DNA of 64,000 bases from Verrucomicrobiota bacterium. Lineage in GTDB: Bacteria > Verrucomicrobiota > Verrucomicrobiia > Limisphaerales > UBA11358. Location: contig JBEKBA010000001.1 in NCBI GenBank assembly GCA_050015635.1, positions 100,978 through 164,977 on the forward strand. The letters are read 5' to 3'. The notes under the pieces are model-generated. The model ran no database searches and had not been told where the DNA came from. It was given only the letters and a program-made list of their open reading frames with translations. The translations under genes and the position numbers were made by a program. This document shows positions 49,395 to 57,666 of this stretch, in pieces; positions within the stretch are counted from its first letter, which is position 1, and each line of letters opens with the position of its first letter.

Positions 49395-49913
49395 GTGCGC
49401 GCCTTGAACCGTAAATCCCGCTGCAACGGCAACGCCGCTGAAAAAATTGAAGCCGTCGTTCTTGGCCTGTTGAAGGGGCGAAGACAAACGCTGGCGCTGG
49501 CGGAATCGTGCACGGGCGGGGCGATTGCGAACCGCGTGACGAACGTGCCGGGCGCGTCATCGGTTTTTCCCGGCGGGCTGGTGGCTTACAGCAACGAAGT
49601 GAAGCAAAAATTTCTCGGCGTGCGCGCCGAAACCTTGAAACGACACGGCGCGGTGAGCGAAGCCGTCGCGCGAGAAATGGCCGAAGCGGCGCGGAAAGAA
49701 TTCGGCGCGGATTTTGCGATTGCGGTCACGGGTATCGCCGGGCCGGGCGGCGGCACGAAAGACAAACCTGTCGGGACAGTCTTTATCGCGCTGGCGGGGG
49801 AATTTGGAACGATGGTGGAACGCAAATTGAATACCTGCGAGCGCGAGGCGTTCAAACAATTGACGGCGCAGCAGGCGCTGGAAATGTTGCGTTGGCAATT
49901 GATTTGTTCTTGA
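49395..49913 (+). CDS. CinA C-terminal domain protein (nicotinamide-nucleotide amidohydrolase PncC-like)
   Basis: LALAESCTGGAIANRVTNVPGASSVFPGGLVAYSNEVK...AVTGIAGPGGG. GTG start at 49395, uncertain. Confidence 0.85.
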   Translation: MRALNRKSRCNGNAAEKIEAVVLGLLKGRRQTLALAESCTGGAIANRVTNVPGASSVFPGGLVAYSNEVKQKFLGVRAETLKRHGAVSEAVAREMAEAARKEFGADFAIAVTGIAGPGGGTKDKPVGTVFIALAGEFGTMVERKLNTCEREAFKQLTAQQALEMLRWQLICS

Positions 49914-49971
49914 AAGTGAAATTTTTTCCGGTAGATTGGCGCGGGTTGAACCGGGGATTTGATTTTTAAAC

Positions 49972-51264
49972 ATGGCATTGACCGCTGATGTATTGACCGC
50001 TGCGAGCAATCTCGCCACTAAAGATGACAGCACGACGTTTCGCAAACGGCGTGGCACGCTGCTGGTCGTGGACGACGAGGACGGGCCGCGGCAGTCGTTG
50101 CGCGTGATTTTCAAGGACGATTACGATTTGTTGATGGCCGAGGACGGGCCGACGGCGATTGAGCTGGCGCAGAAAAGCGAGATTGACGTGGCGGTGCTTG
50201 ACATTCGCATGCCCGGGATGTCGGGCATCGAAGTGTTGGAACGCCTCAAATACGTGAGGCCGGATCTCGAGGCGATCATGATCACGGCGTTTGAGACGAC
50301 GGACACGATCCGGCAGGCGTTGCGGCTGCGCGCGTGCGATTACATCAACAAACCATTCGATCTTCAGACCATCCGCAACGCCGTCGGTCAGGCGATGCAA
50401 CGCCGCATACTCGGCAGCCAGATCAACAGCAGCGCCGAAAAAATCCAGGAATTGCTGACCGAGTTGCAAAATCAGAATTTCAAGGAACAGAACGCCAAGA
50501 CGCGCGGCGACATTCTGGCGGGCGTCATCCACGACATCAACGGCCCGTTGACGGTCATTTCCGGTTTCGTGCACATGCTGAGCCAACGTCTCAATCACAA
50601 CTCGCGGATGGAAGTGGAGGATTTGGAGTTTATCAAGAACCGCCTGAGCATCGTCGCGCGACAGACGACGAGTTGCATTGAGATTTCCCGGCGCTACAGG
50701 GACATTTCCGACCGCCGGCCGGACAAAGCCGCCATCGTGAGCGTGAACCAATTGCTCAAGGACCTGGACCAACTTGTGCGCGTGCATCCCAGCGTGATGG
50801 GGAATGAATTCAGAGTCACGCCGCCGGGCGGGGACATCGCCGTCAAAATCAACGGCACCGATTTGATTCAAATTTTGCAGAACCTCACGGCGAACGCTTT
50901 TCAATGCACGCCGCTCGCCCATAGCGTCGAAGTCGGCGGCGAAATTTTGCGCGCGCCGCTGAATCTCGCGGAATTCAAGGACGGCCCGAACGACCGCCTG
51001 CTCAACGTAGAAAGTCTGGACAACACCGCGCCACTGGTGAAATTGTGGGTGCGTGACACCGGCCCGGGCATTCCGCCGGAAGTGATGCCGAAAATTTTCA
51101 GACCCTACTTCACCACCAAGGGGCTGCGGGAGGGAACCGGCCTGGGGCTTAACATCGTCCATCGGCTCATCAAGGAAGGCAACGGCGCGCTGCACGTTCA
51201 CACGCGGTCCGGTAAAGGCACGACCTTTACGATTTATCTGCCCGGGGCGGAACTGGCAAAATAG
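49972..51264 (+). CDS. Hybrid receiver-histidine kinase (REC, HisKA, HATPase_c), cytoplasmic
   Basis: REC: LLVVDDEDG...DVAVLDIRMPGMSG...ITAF...INKP. H-box AGVIHDINGPL. G1 VRDTGPGI. G2 GTGLGLNIV. Confidence 0.85.
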   Translation: MALTADVLTAASNLATKDDSTTFRKRRGTLLVVDDEDGPRQSLRVIFKDDYDLLMAEDGPTAIELAQKSEIDVAVLDIRMPGMSGIEVLERLKYVRPDLEAIMITAFETTDTIRQALRLRACDYINKPFDLQTIRNAVGQAMQRRILGSQINSSAEKIQELLTELQNQNFKEQNAKTRGDILAGVIHDINGPLTVISGFVHMLSQRLNHNSRMEVEDLEFIKNRLSIVARQTTSCIEISRRYRDISDRRPDKAAIVSVNQLLKDLDQLVRVHPSVMGNEFRVTPPGGDIAVKINGTDLIQILQNLTANAFQCTPLAHSVEVGGEILRAPLNLAEFKDGPNDRLLNVESLDNTAPLVKLWVRDTGPGIPPEVMPKIFRPYFTTKGLREGTGLGLNIVHRLIKEGNGALHVHTRSGKGTTFTIYLPGAELAK

Positions 51265-51390
51265 AATCAAGTTCGCATTCCGAGATAAAATTCGTTTGGC
51301 GGGACATTTCCATCAATATTCCAGCGGTTCCCAGCACAGAAAGCCGACCCCACGTTCAAAATCTGGCAAAGAGGTTGCTACAAGACGGGA

Positions 51391-52143
51391 ATGAAAATCC
51401 GTCTTACAATTTTTGCCGTCCTTTGCCTGCCCGGCGTGATGTCAGTTTGGGCCGACGAAGCACTGCCGGTGCTTAGGGCCGGCATTGACGTCTATAGCAA
51501 TGTCAATGTGACCCTAATCACCGCCACCGACATTTATTTTACCTTCGACAACGGGAGAAGCATGGCCAATGCGAAGTTGAAGAGCCTGTCCCCCGAACTG
51601 CAACAACATTTTCATTTTGATTCCGCACAAGCCGGCGAAGTGGAACAAAAGCAAGTCCAAGCCAATACCCAATATCGCGAGGAAATCGTCAATGCGCCGG
51701 CTGCATCTTCGCCACCCGACGAGAGCCGCCCGCAATCGCCCGCTGTCGCACACGCGTCAGATTTAAACTGGGGCACGGATTTCTCCCAGGCGTTGGAACA
51801 CGCAAGGGCTGATAACAAAACGGTGCTGCTTGACTTTACCGGTTCCGATTGGTGCCCGTGGTGCATCAAATTTGACCATGAAGCACTGGACACGGACCCA
51901 TTCGCCGCCTACGCCCAAAACAAGCTGGAATTAGTGCTGGTGGATTTTCCGCGGACCAAGCCGCAGAGTGACGAGCTCAAGCAAGCCAATGAGGAACTCG
52001 GCAGGCGATACAATGTCAGCGGCTATCCGACGTTGGTGCTGGTGAACGGCGCGGGCAATGAGCTTGGACGCCAAGTTGGTTATCGGGATGGCGGGCCGAG
52101 CGCTTTCATTGCTGAATTGGACGGCTTCAGCCAGAAACAATGA
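51391..52143 (+). CDS. Secreted thioredoxin-fold protein (CPWC active site)
   Basis: Signal peptide MKIRLTIFAVLCLPGVMSVWA. VLLDFTGSDWCPWCIKF...GYPTLVL. Confidence 0.8.
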   Translation: MKIRLTIFAVLCLPGVMSVWADEALPVLRAGIDVYSNVNVTLITATDIYFTFDNGRSMANAKLKSLSPELQQHFHFDSAQAGEVEQKQVQANTQYREEIVNAPAASSPPDESRPQSPAVAHASDLNWGTDFSQALEHARADNKTVLLDFTGSDWCPWCIKFDHEALDTDPFAAYAQNKLELVLVDFPRTKPQSDELKQANEELGRRYNVSGYPTLVLVNGAGNELGRQVGYRDGGPSAFIAELDGFSQKQ

Positions 52144-52156
52144 ACTGCGCCACACC

Positions 52157-52213
52157 GCGTGGCGGTCCTTGCGGACGGGCAGCGTGACGCCGCACTCTAT
52201 TACGGACAGCGCA
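52157..52213 (+). repeat. Family-A two-hairpin repeat, copy 4
   Basis: GCGTGGCG GTCC TTGC GGAC GG GCAGCG TGA CGCCGC ACTCTATTACGGACAGCGCA, starting 14 nt after the stop codon at 52143. Confidence 0.7.
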
Positions 52214-52252
52214 GGGCGCCGTCCTTACCTTCAAATTGATACAACAACAGGT

Positions 52253-53629
52253 TTAATTTGAAAGATACTCCCTCGGATCAACAATCTTTCCGGCAATCGC
52301 GCTCGCGGCCACGGTCATCGGCGACGCGAGAAACACCTGCGATTCCTTGTCGCCCATGCGTCCGGGGAAATTGCGGTTGGTCGCGCTGATGCATTTGATG
52401 CCGGCCTGGTTGATGCGGCCAAACGTGTCCACCGGCCCGCCGAGGCACGCGGCGCAGCCGGCGTTTTCCGTCATCTGCACACCCGCGTCCACAAGGATTT
52501 CCCAAATCGTTTTTTTGCCCCAGCGCGTGCTTTGCAAATCGTGAACAATCTCCGGCGTCGCGGGCACGCCGAACGTGTCAATCACGACATGTCTGCCGCG
52601 CAAGATGCGCGCGAACTCCACGAAATCGCTCGTCTTGCCCCCGGTACAGGAACCGACGTAGGCGCGATCCAATTTGACGTTGATCATTTCCTTTGCCTTT
52701 TTGCGCCGGCCGGGATCGGGATGGCACGCGACGGTCGGTTCGAGTTGGTCGAGATTCACGACGAGTTCGTAAACGAATTTTTGATTCCTGTCCGGCGCGA
52801 CCGGTTCGTAGGTGGATTTCGTGCCGTTCAGTTTAGTGCGGGCGTCCACGTATTCCTGCGTGCGCGAGTCGAATTCAAAAATGCCGTTCTTACCGCCCGC
52901 TTCAATCGCCATGTTCGCGATGGTCATGCGGTCATCAATGGACAAATATTTCACGCCGTCGCCGTCGAACTGCAATGCGCGATAGGTCGCGCCGTCGAAA
53001 CCGATTTCGCCGATGCAATGCAGAATGATGTCCTTGGCCATCACGCCCGGTTGCAATCTTCCTTCGAGCCGGAAGTGCATTGTTTCGGGAACCTTGATGA
53101 GCAGCTTGCCCGTGCCCATGACGAAGCCAGCGTCGGTGTTGCCGATGCCGGTGGCGAACAGATTGAATGCGCCGGCCATGCACGTATGCGAATCGGTGCC
53201 GAACAAAATTTCGCCCGGCCGCGTGTGGCCTTTTGCCGGAAGCGCCGTGTGGCAAACCCCCGCGTAACGCGAACCGTACTGGCGGTTCAACATTCCCTTC
53301 GACGCGTCGAATTGCCAGTGGCCATCCGGGTCGTCAATCACGTCGTAGAAATACGGGATGTCCTGCTCCTTCACGAAATCGCGGAGGATGTCCACGTTGC
53401 GGTTGGACTTCGAGTCGGCGGTGAAAATGTAATGGTCGGGAATGATGACGATTTTATTTTTGTCCCAGACCTTCGCAGTCTGACCGAATTCGCGCTTGAA
53501 GATGCCGATGGTGCCTGGCCCGCAAACGTCGTGCGTCATGAGCACATCGGCGTTGACCCAGATGTTGTCCCCGGCCTGCACGCTTGATTTGCCTGCCGCG
53601 CGTGCGAGTAATTTTTCCGTCAAAGTCAT
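52253..53629 (-). CDS. leuC: Aconitase-family dehydratase large subunit (3-isopropylmalate dehydratase LeuC-like)
   Basis: HDVCGP, DSHTCMAGA, GSCTGG and CAACLG cluster-ligand contexts. Start trimmed to MTLTEKLL (ATG 53629). No adjacent small subunit. Confidence 0.8.
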   Translation of the reverse strand: MTLTEKLLARAAGKSSVQAGDNIWVNADVLMTHDVCGPGTIGIFKREFGQTAKVWDKNKIVIIPDHYIFTADSKSNRNVDILRDFVKEQDIPYFYDVIDDPDGHWQFDASKGMLNRQYGSRYAGVCHTALPAKGHTRPGEILFGTDSHTCMAGAFNLFATGIGNTDAGFVMGTGKLLIKVPETMHFRLEGRLQPGVMAKDIILHCIGEIGFDGATYRALQFDGDGVKYLSIDDRMTIANMAIEAGGKNGIFEFDSRTQEYVDARTKLNGTKSTYEPVAPDRNQKFVYELVVNLDQLEPTVACHPDPGRRKKAKEMINVKLDRAYVGSCTGGKTSDFVEFARILRGRHVVIDTFGVPATPEIVHDLQSTRWGKKTIWEILVDAGVQMTENAGCAACLGGPVDTFGRINQAGIKCISATNRNFPGRMGDKESQVFLASPMTVAASAIAGKIVDPREYLSN

Positions 53630-53715
53630 AGTCTTAAGAGAATAGCCGATGAATCGGCTGACTTCAACTGAACAATCCGAACCAAACAAGGAACAAATGC
53701 TGTTGTTCCGTGGAA

Positions 53716-54855
53716 ATGGATAATCCTCAAACCGATAGTATTCACTTCACCTTCACCCGAAACCCGCTTGCGTCGGCGCATTTGTGCGGCAGACTCTCAT
53801 TTCGCGTGACTCCGTCCGAAACATTTTTGAATTTGCTCCGCGCCGATGCGCCCGTGCTTGCACTTGCGCCGATGCAGGACGTGACGACGCTGGAATTCAT
53901 GCGCGTCATCGCACGTTACGGCGGGCCGGATGTTTATTGGACGGAATACTTTCGCGTTCATGCCGTCTCGCATCTGGAAAAATGGATTCTCAAATCCATC
54001 ACGGAAAATCCCACGGGACGCCCCATCATCGCGCAACTTATCGGCAACGACATTCCATCGCTCGTACGCACGGCGAAGGAATTGCAGCATTATCCCATCG
54101 CGGCGATTGACCTGAACCTCGGCTGTCCGGCTCCGATTGTTTATCGCAAATGCGCGGGGGGCGGCCTGTTGCGCGAACCTGAACGCATTGACGCCATCCT
54201 CGGCGCGTTGCGCGATGCGGTGACGATTCCGTTCACCGTGAAGACGCGCCTCGGTTTCGCGTCGCCTGCCGAGTTTGACGCGCTGCTGCCGGTTTTCGCG
54301 AAACATCCGATTGACCTGCTCACCGTCCATGCGCGCACTGTCGCGCAGATGTATCGCCCCGGTGTGCGTTACGACCTTATCGCGCAGGCGGTGCGCGAGT
54401 TGCGTTGTCCGGTATTCGCCAACGGCAATATCCACAGCGCGGAACAGGCGTTCATGCTTGTCGCGGAAACCGGCGCCCGCGGTTTGATGATTGGACGCGG
54501 CGCGATTCGCAATCCGTGGCTGTTCGACCAGATTCGCGCGCAGTTTCCCGGTAAAAAAATAAAATTGCCGACTGGTCACGACGTGCTGGCTTACATCCGC
54601 GAACTGTGGGAAAGCGAAATCACACCCGGCGTGCGCGAATTAGCGCAAGTGCAGCGCATGAAAAAATTCATGAACTTCATCGGTGACGGGGTGGATGAAA
54701 AATTCCTGCACGAAATCCGCCGGGTGACAGCGACGGCTGATTTCTTCCTCGTTTGCGAAACTTATTTAGATCACGACCGACCGACGACGCTGGAACCGCC
54801 GGAGGTTGTACGGAATGATATTCGGTTGCCAACTTTTTCAAGGTCGCCGACGTAA
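53716..54855 (+). CDS. tRNA-dihydrouridine synthase family protein
   Basis: LALAPMQDVT..., IDLNLGCPAPIVYRKCAGGGLL, TVKTRLG and TVHART. ATG 53716 (GTG 53710 is also in frame). Confidence 0.8.
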   Translation: MDNPQTDSIHFTFTRNPLASAHLCGRLSFRVTPSETFLNLLRADAPVLALAPMQDVTTLEFMRVIARYGGPDVYWTEYFRVHAVSHLEKWILKSITENPTGRPIIAQLIGNDIPSLVRTAKELQHYPIAAIDLNLGCPAPIVYRKCAGGGLLREPERIDAILGALRDAVTIPFTVKTRLGFASPAEFDALLPVFAKHPIDLLTVHARTVAQMYRPGVRYDLIAQAVRELRCPVFANGNIHSAEQAFMLVAETGARGLMIGRGAIRNPWLFDQIRAQFPGKKIKLPTGHDVLAYIRELWESEITPGVRELAQVQRMKKFMNFIGDGVDEKFLHEIRRVTATADFFLVCETYLDHDRPTTLEPPEVVRNDIRLPTFSRSPT

Positions 54856-55010
54856 AACGTTTGCGGTCTGGTCTGGTATAAAAGCGCAGTTTCCCTTTAT
54901 TTACGGGGAAATTAGATTCGACAAGGCGGCATTATTCCTGCTATTCGCGGGAGTGCCTTATTCCTACCCAAGTGCGATTACCTGTTTGGGCATGGGTTAA
55001 ACCAATTCTT

Positions 55011-55481
55011 ATGCGAAGAAAAATATTGGTCGTAGATGACGATCCAGATCAACTCGAAGTAGTCCGCTGGAGTTTGAAAAAGGCAGGTTTTGCCATCGGC
55101 ACGGCGGCCAATGGCGTTGCTGCCCTCGTAAAAACCCGTTCCGTTCTGCCGGATTTGATTGTGCTGGACTTGATGCTGCCCGAATTGAACGGGTTTGATA
55201 TTTGTAAAGCATTGCGGAAGGACCCGGTCACCGCTTCCATCCCCATCATCATGCTGACTGGCATGCGCAGCGAGTTCAGCCGTTTGGCCGCATTGGAGTC
55301 CGGCGTCAACTGTTTCCTAACGAAACCATACAGTCCAGACGAGCTTGTCTCAAAAGTGGAAGAAATGTTGAAACGGTCTTCGACGCAGCCAAAAGCACGC
55401 GCAAAATCGAAAATGGAGACCGGTGATTCCCGCTCGAATAAAAGACTTTTCCAAAATCCGCCAGGTCACGGAAGCAATTGA
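55011..55481 (+). CDS. Stand-alone response regulator receiver protein
   Basis: MRRKILVVDDDPD...DLIVLDLMLPELNG...IIMLTG...LTKP. Start trimmed to ATG 55011. Confidence 0.85.
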   Translation: MRRKILVVDDDPDQLEVVRWSLKKAGFAIGTAANGVAALVKTRSVLPDLIVLDLMLPELNGFDICKALRKDPVTASIPIIMLTGMRSEFSRLAALESGVNCFLTKPYSPDELVSKVEEMLKRSSTQPKARAKSKMETGDSRSNKRLFQNPPGHGSN

Positions 55482-55514
55482 TTGTCCGCCATGGGATTCA
55501 GTTCGAGCCGCCGC

Positions 55515-56318
55515 TCACTTTATTTTTAACGTGAACGCACCGGCTTCGACAATTTTCCCAAAATCGCCACCGTAAAATTCCCCGCGGTATTCGTCCGTTT
55601 CCAGCAGGTGCTGGTGAAGTTCCTTTTTGTCGCGTTTGATGATGAATTTGAGTTCGTCCATGTCGCCCGACCAGCGGAAGCCGTTGAAAAATTCCGCACC
55701 GGCGAACTGGGTTTTATACAGCGCCATCCGCGAGTAGCACGTGCCGAGGTAGAGATTTTTGAAGCCGCGTTCGGCGAACGCCGCCACCGCCGAGGTCATC
55801 ATGAACATGCCGAGGTTGCGGGTGTAATAATTCAGGTCGTAGAACGCATAGTAGTAAAACGCCAGCGATTTGCCTTCCAGATACAACGTGGCCACCCCGA
55901 TTTCGTTGCCCTTCTCCGTGTCGATGAACACGAGCAGGTGCGAGATGATGGGCGCGGCAAACAGCGCATCAAGCCGCTCAAATGTCATCACGTCCCTGCC
56001 GAATTTGATGTCGGCATAGGTCTTGAAAAAGCGGCGGCATTCCGGTGTGTAATCGAATTTGTCACGCGACACAAGCTTCACGTCAATGCCCGCGCCTTTG
56101 CGTAGAATGCGGCGGTTCTCGGACGACGGCTTGAACTTCGCCAAATTCACGCGGACCTGCCGGCACAAATAAAACCGATCCAAATTGCGCGACGACGGCA
56201 GGAAGCCGGCGTTGAAAATATCCGCCGGCGTTTCGCCGTCCTCCGGCACGGCCCAAATCGCGTAAGGAAACTGGTAATACTCGTAGTCGGAGTTTTGTTC
56301 GGAGAAAAGAAGTTTCAT
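55515..56318 (-). CDS. Bpt/ATE-like aminoacyl-tRNA--protein transferase homolog lacking the N-terminal Cys motif (tentative)
   Basis: GFLPSSRNLDRFYLCRQVRVNLAKFKPSSENRRILRKG aligns by eye with Bpt GFRRSG..YRP.C..C..C.P.R..V..F.PSRSQRR. The C-part LYLGTCYS...LYKTQFAGAEFFNGFRW aligns with YLGY...YK..F.P.E. Start trimmed to MKLLFSEQ (56318). Confidence 0.45.
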   Translation of the reverse strand: MKLLFSEQNSDYEYYQFPYAIWAVPEDGETPADIFNAGFLPSSRNLDRFYLCRQVRVNLAKFKPSSENRRILRKGAGIDVKLVSRDKFDYTPECRRFFKTYADIKFGRDVMTFERLDALFAAPIISHLLVFIDTEKGNEIGVATLYLEGKSLAFYYYAFYDLNYYTRNLGMFMMTSAVAAFAERGFKNLYLGTCYSRMALYKTQFAGAEFFNGFRWSGDMDELKFIIKRDKKELHQHLLETDEYRGEFYGGDFGKIVEAGAFTLKIK

Positions 56319-56330
56319 GGAAAAAACTTT

Positions 56331-56405
56331 GACACGGATTTCACGAACTAACACGGATTGATCCGGCTTCGCTTGAATCCGTGACAATCCGCGCAATCCG
56401 GGTCC
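56331..56405 (+). repeat. Family-B repeat array at the alr / ATE-like junction
   Basis: GACACGGATT TCACGAACTA ACACGGATTG, then inverted AATCCGTG (56376-56383), AATCCGCG and AATCCGGG. CACGGATT 56352-56359 can pair with 56376-56383. Confidence 0.7.
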
Positions 56406-57555
56406 CGTCTGGTTTCGAGTCATTCACCGATTTTCTCCGCAGTCGCAGCCGCCAATTCGTCAGCACGTCGTAAGTCACGGAGTTTTTCAGTTTCGCGATA
56501 TCGCGTACAGTGATTTCTTCACCACCTTGCCTGCCCATCAAGACCGCTTCGCCCCACATCTTCGCTTCGGGAATATCCGTGATATCCACCATCAGCGCGT
56601 CCATCGCGATACCGCCGAGGAGCGGCGCGCGCCGGCCGTGGATGAGCGCGCAACCCTCGTTGCGCACGCGCGGAAAACCGTCGCCGTAGCCAATCGGCAG
56701 AACGGCAATGCGCCGTTCCGTTTTGGCCGTGTAACGCATCCCGTAGCCGACCATTTCGCCGGGTTTCAATTTTTGGATCGCCGCGATCCTGGCCTTTACC
56801 GACATGACCGGCTCGATGCCGGAAATCTTCCGACAGACCAGCGACGGAAAAACGCCATACATCAAAATGCCCACACGCACCATGTCCAGATGCGCGTGCG
56901 GCAGATCTAGAAAACCACCACTGTTGCAGGTATGACGTAGTTTCGTGGAAATTTTTCGCCGCTCCATCGCGCACAGAACTTCGTTGAACCGTGCGAACTG
57001 GACATTCGCAAAAGTTTTATCCGTTTCATCCGATTGCGAAAAATGCGTCATCACACCTTCGAGCAACAACGACTTTTCCGCAGCGATTTGTTCGATGAGT
57101 GGCAGCGCCTCGTCCCACCGGACGCCGTAACGGCTCATGCCCGTGTGAATTTTGACGTGAACCGGGACTTGTTTGCCGAAGTTTGCCGCGATTGTGGCGA
57201 GCGCGCGTACGGTGTGCGGTTCATTCACGCAAACGGTCAGGTCGTGGGCTACGCACCATTCCAGCTCGGCCTCCTGCCGTTCACCGAGCAACAGCAATGG
57301 CGCGGTGATGCCCGCGTCGCGCAACAGCATCGCCTCTTCGAGCGTGCTCAAGCCGAAGCCCCACGCGCCCTCCTCCACCGCGACGCGCGCCACGTCCAGC
57401 GCGCCGTGGCCGTAAGCCTCGTCCTTCACGACGGCGAGCAATTTCACATTGCACGGCAGGTCGCGGCGGATGAGTTGAAGATTGCGGCGCAGCCTGCCGA
57501 GGTCAATCTCGGTCCAAGCCGGCCGCAGCGGAAAATTTTCGGAATTCAAATTCAT
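56341..57555 (-). CDS. alr: Alanine racemase, with a C-terminal tail encoded by the repeat element
   Basis: PLP-lysine motif LLAVVKDEAYGHG, VLPIGYGDGFPR, YDVLT near the usual C-terminus. Start trimmed to MNLNSENF (57555). Confidence 0.88.
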   Translation of the reverse strand: MNLNSENFPLRPAWTEIDLGRLRRNLQLIRRDLPCNVKLLAVVKDEAYGHGALDVARVAVEEGAWGFGLSTLEEAMLLRDAGITAPLLLLGERQEAELEWCVAHDLTVCVNEPHTVRALATIAANFGKQVPVHVKIHTGMSRYGVRWDEALPLIEQIAAEKSLLLEGVMTHFSQSDETDKTFANVQFARFNEVLCAMERRKISTKLRHTCNSGGFLDLPHAHLDMVRVGILMYGVFPSLVCRKISGIEPVMSVKARIAAIQKLKPGEMVGYGMRYTAKTERRIAVLPIGYGDGFPRVRNEGCALIHGRRAPLLGGIAMDALMVDITDIPEAKMWGEAVLMGRQGGEEITVRDIAKLKNSVTYDVLTNWRLRLRRKSVNDSKPDGTRIARIVTDSSEAGSIRVSS

Positions 57556-57610
57556 CAAATCGAATGGAACTGTTAAACCACGAATCATGCCAAAGGAAAC
57601 GCAAAATCGG

Positions 57611-57665
57611 GACGCGAATTTCACAAATTAGCACGGATTAAACCGCGAAAATCCGCACAATTCGA
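57611..57665 (+). repeat. Family-B repeat array between the ATP-grasp gene and alr
   Basis: GACGCGAATT TCACAAATTA GCACGGATTA AACCGCGAAAATCCGCAC, in 10-bp register. Confidence 0.65.
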
Positions 57666-57666
57666 G

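Noticed and set aside
49966-51270. A 434-aa minus-strand ORF that mirrors the receiver-histidine kinase gene almost exactly end to end.
   Set aside because: It is in the codon-complementary antisense frame of a gene with clear REC/HisKA/HATPase motifs. Its own translation is Arg/Val/His-rich with no motifs. Such shadow ORFs arise when the sense gene avoids TTA, CTA and TCA codons. It is striking in length but explained by the sense gene.
56331-56405. The family-B repeat arrays considered as a possible CRISPR array or iteron-containing replication origin.
   Set aside because: The units are contiguous 10-mers without unique spacers, only 2-4 units occur per locus, and no cas or rep genes are nearby. 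They were kept as dispersed intergenic repeats.
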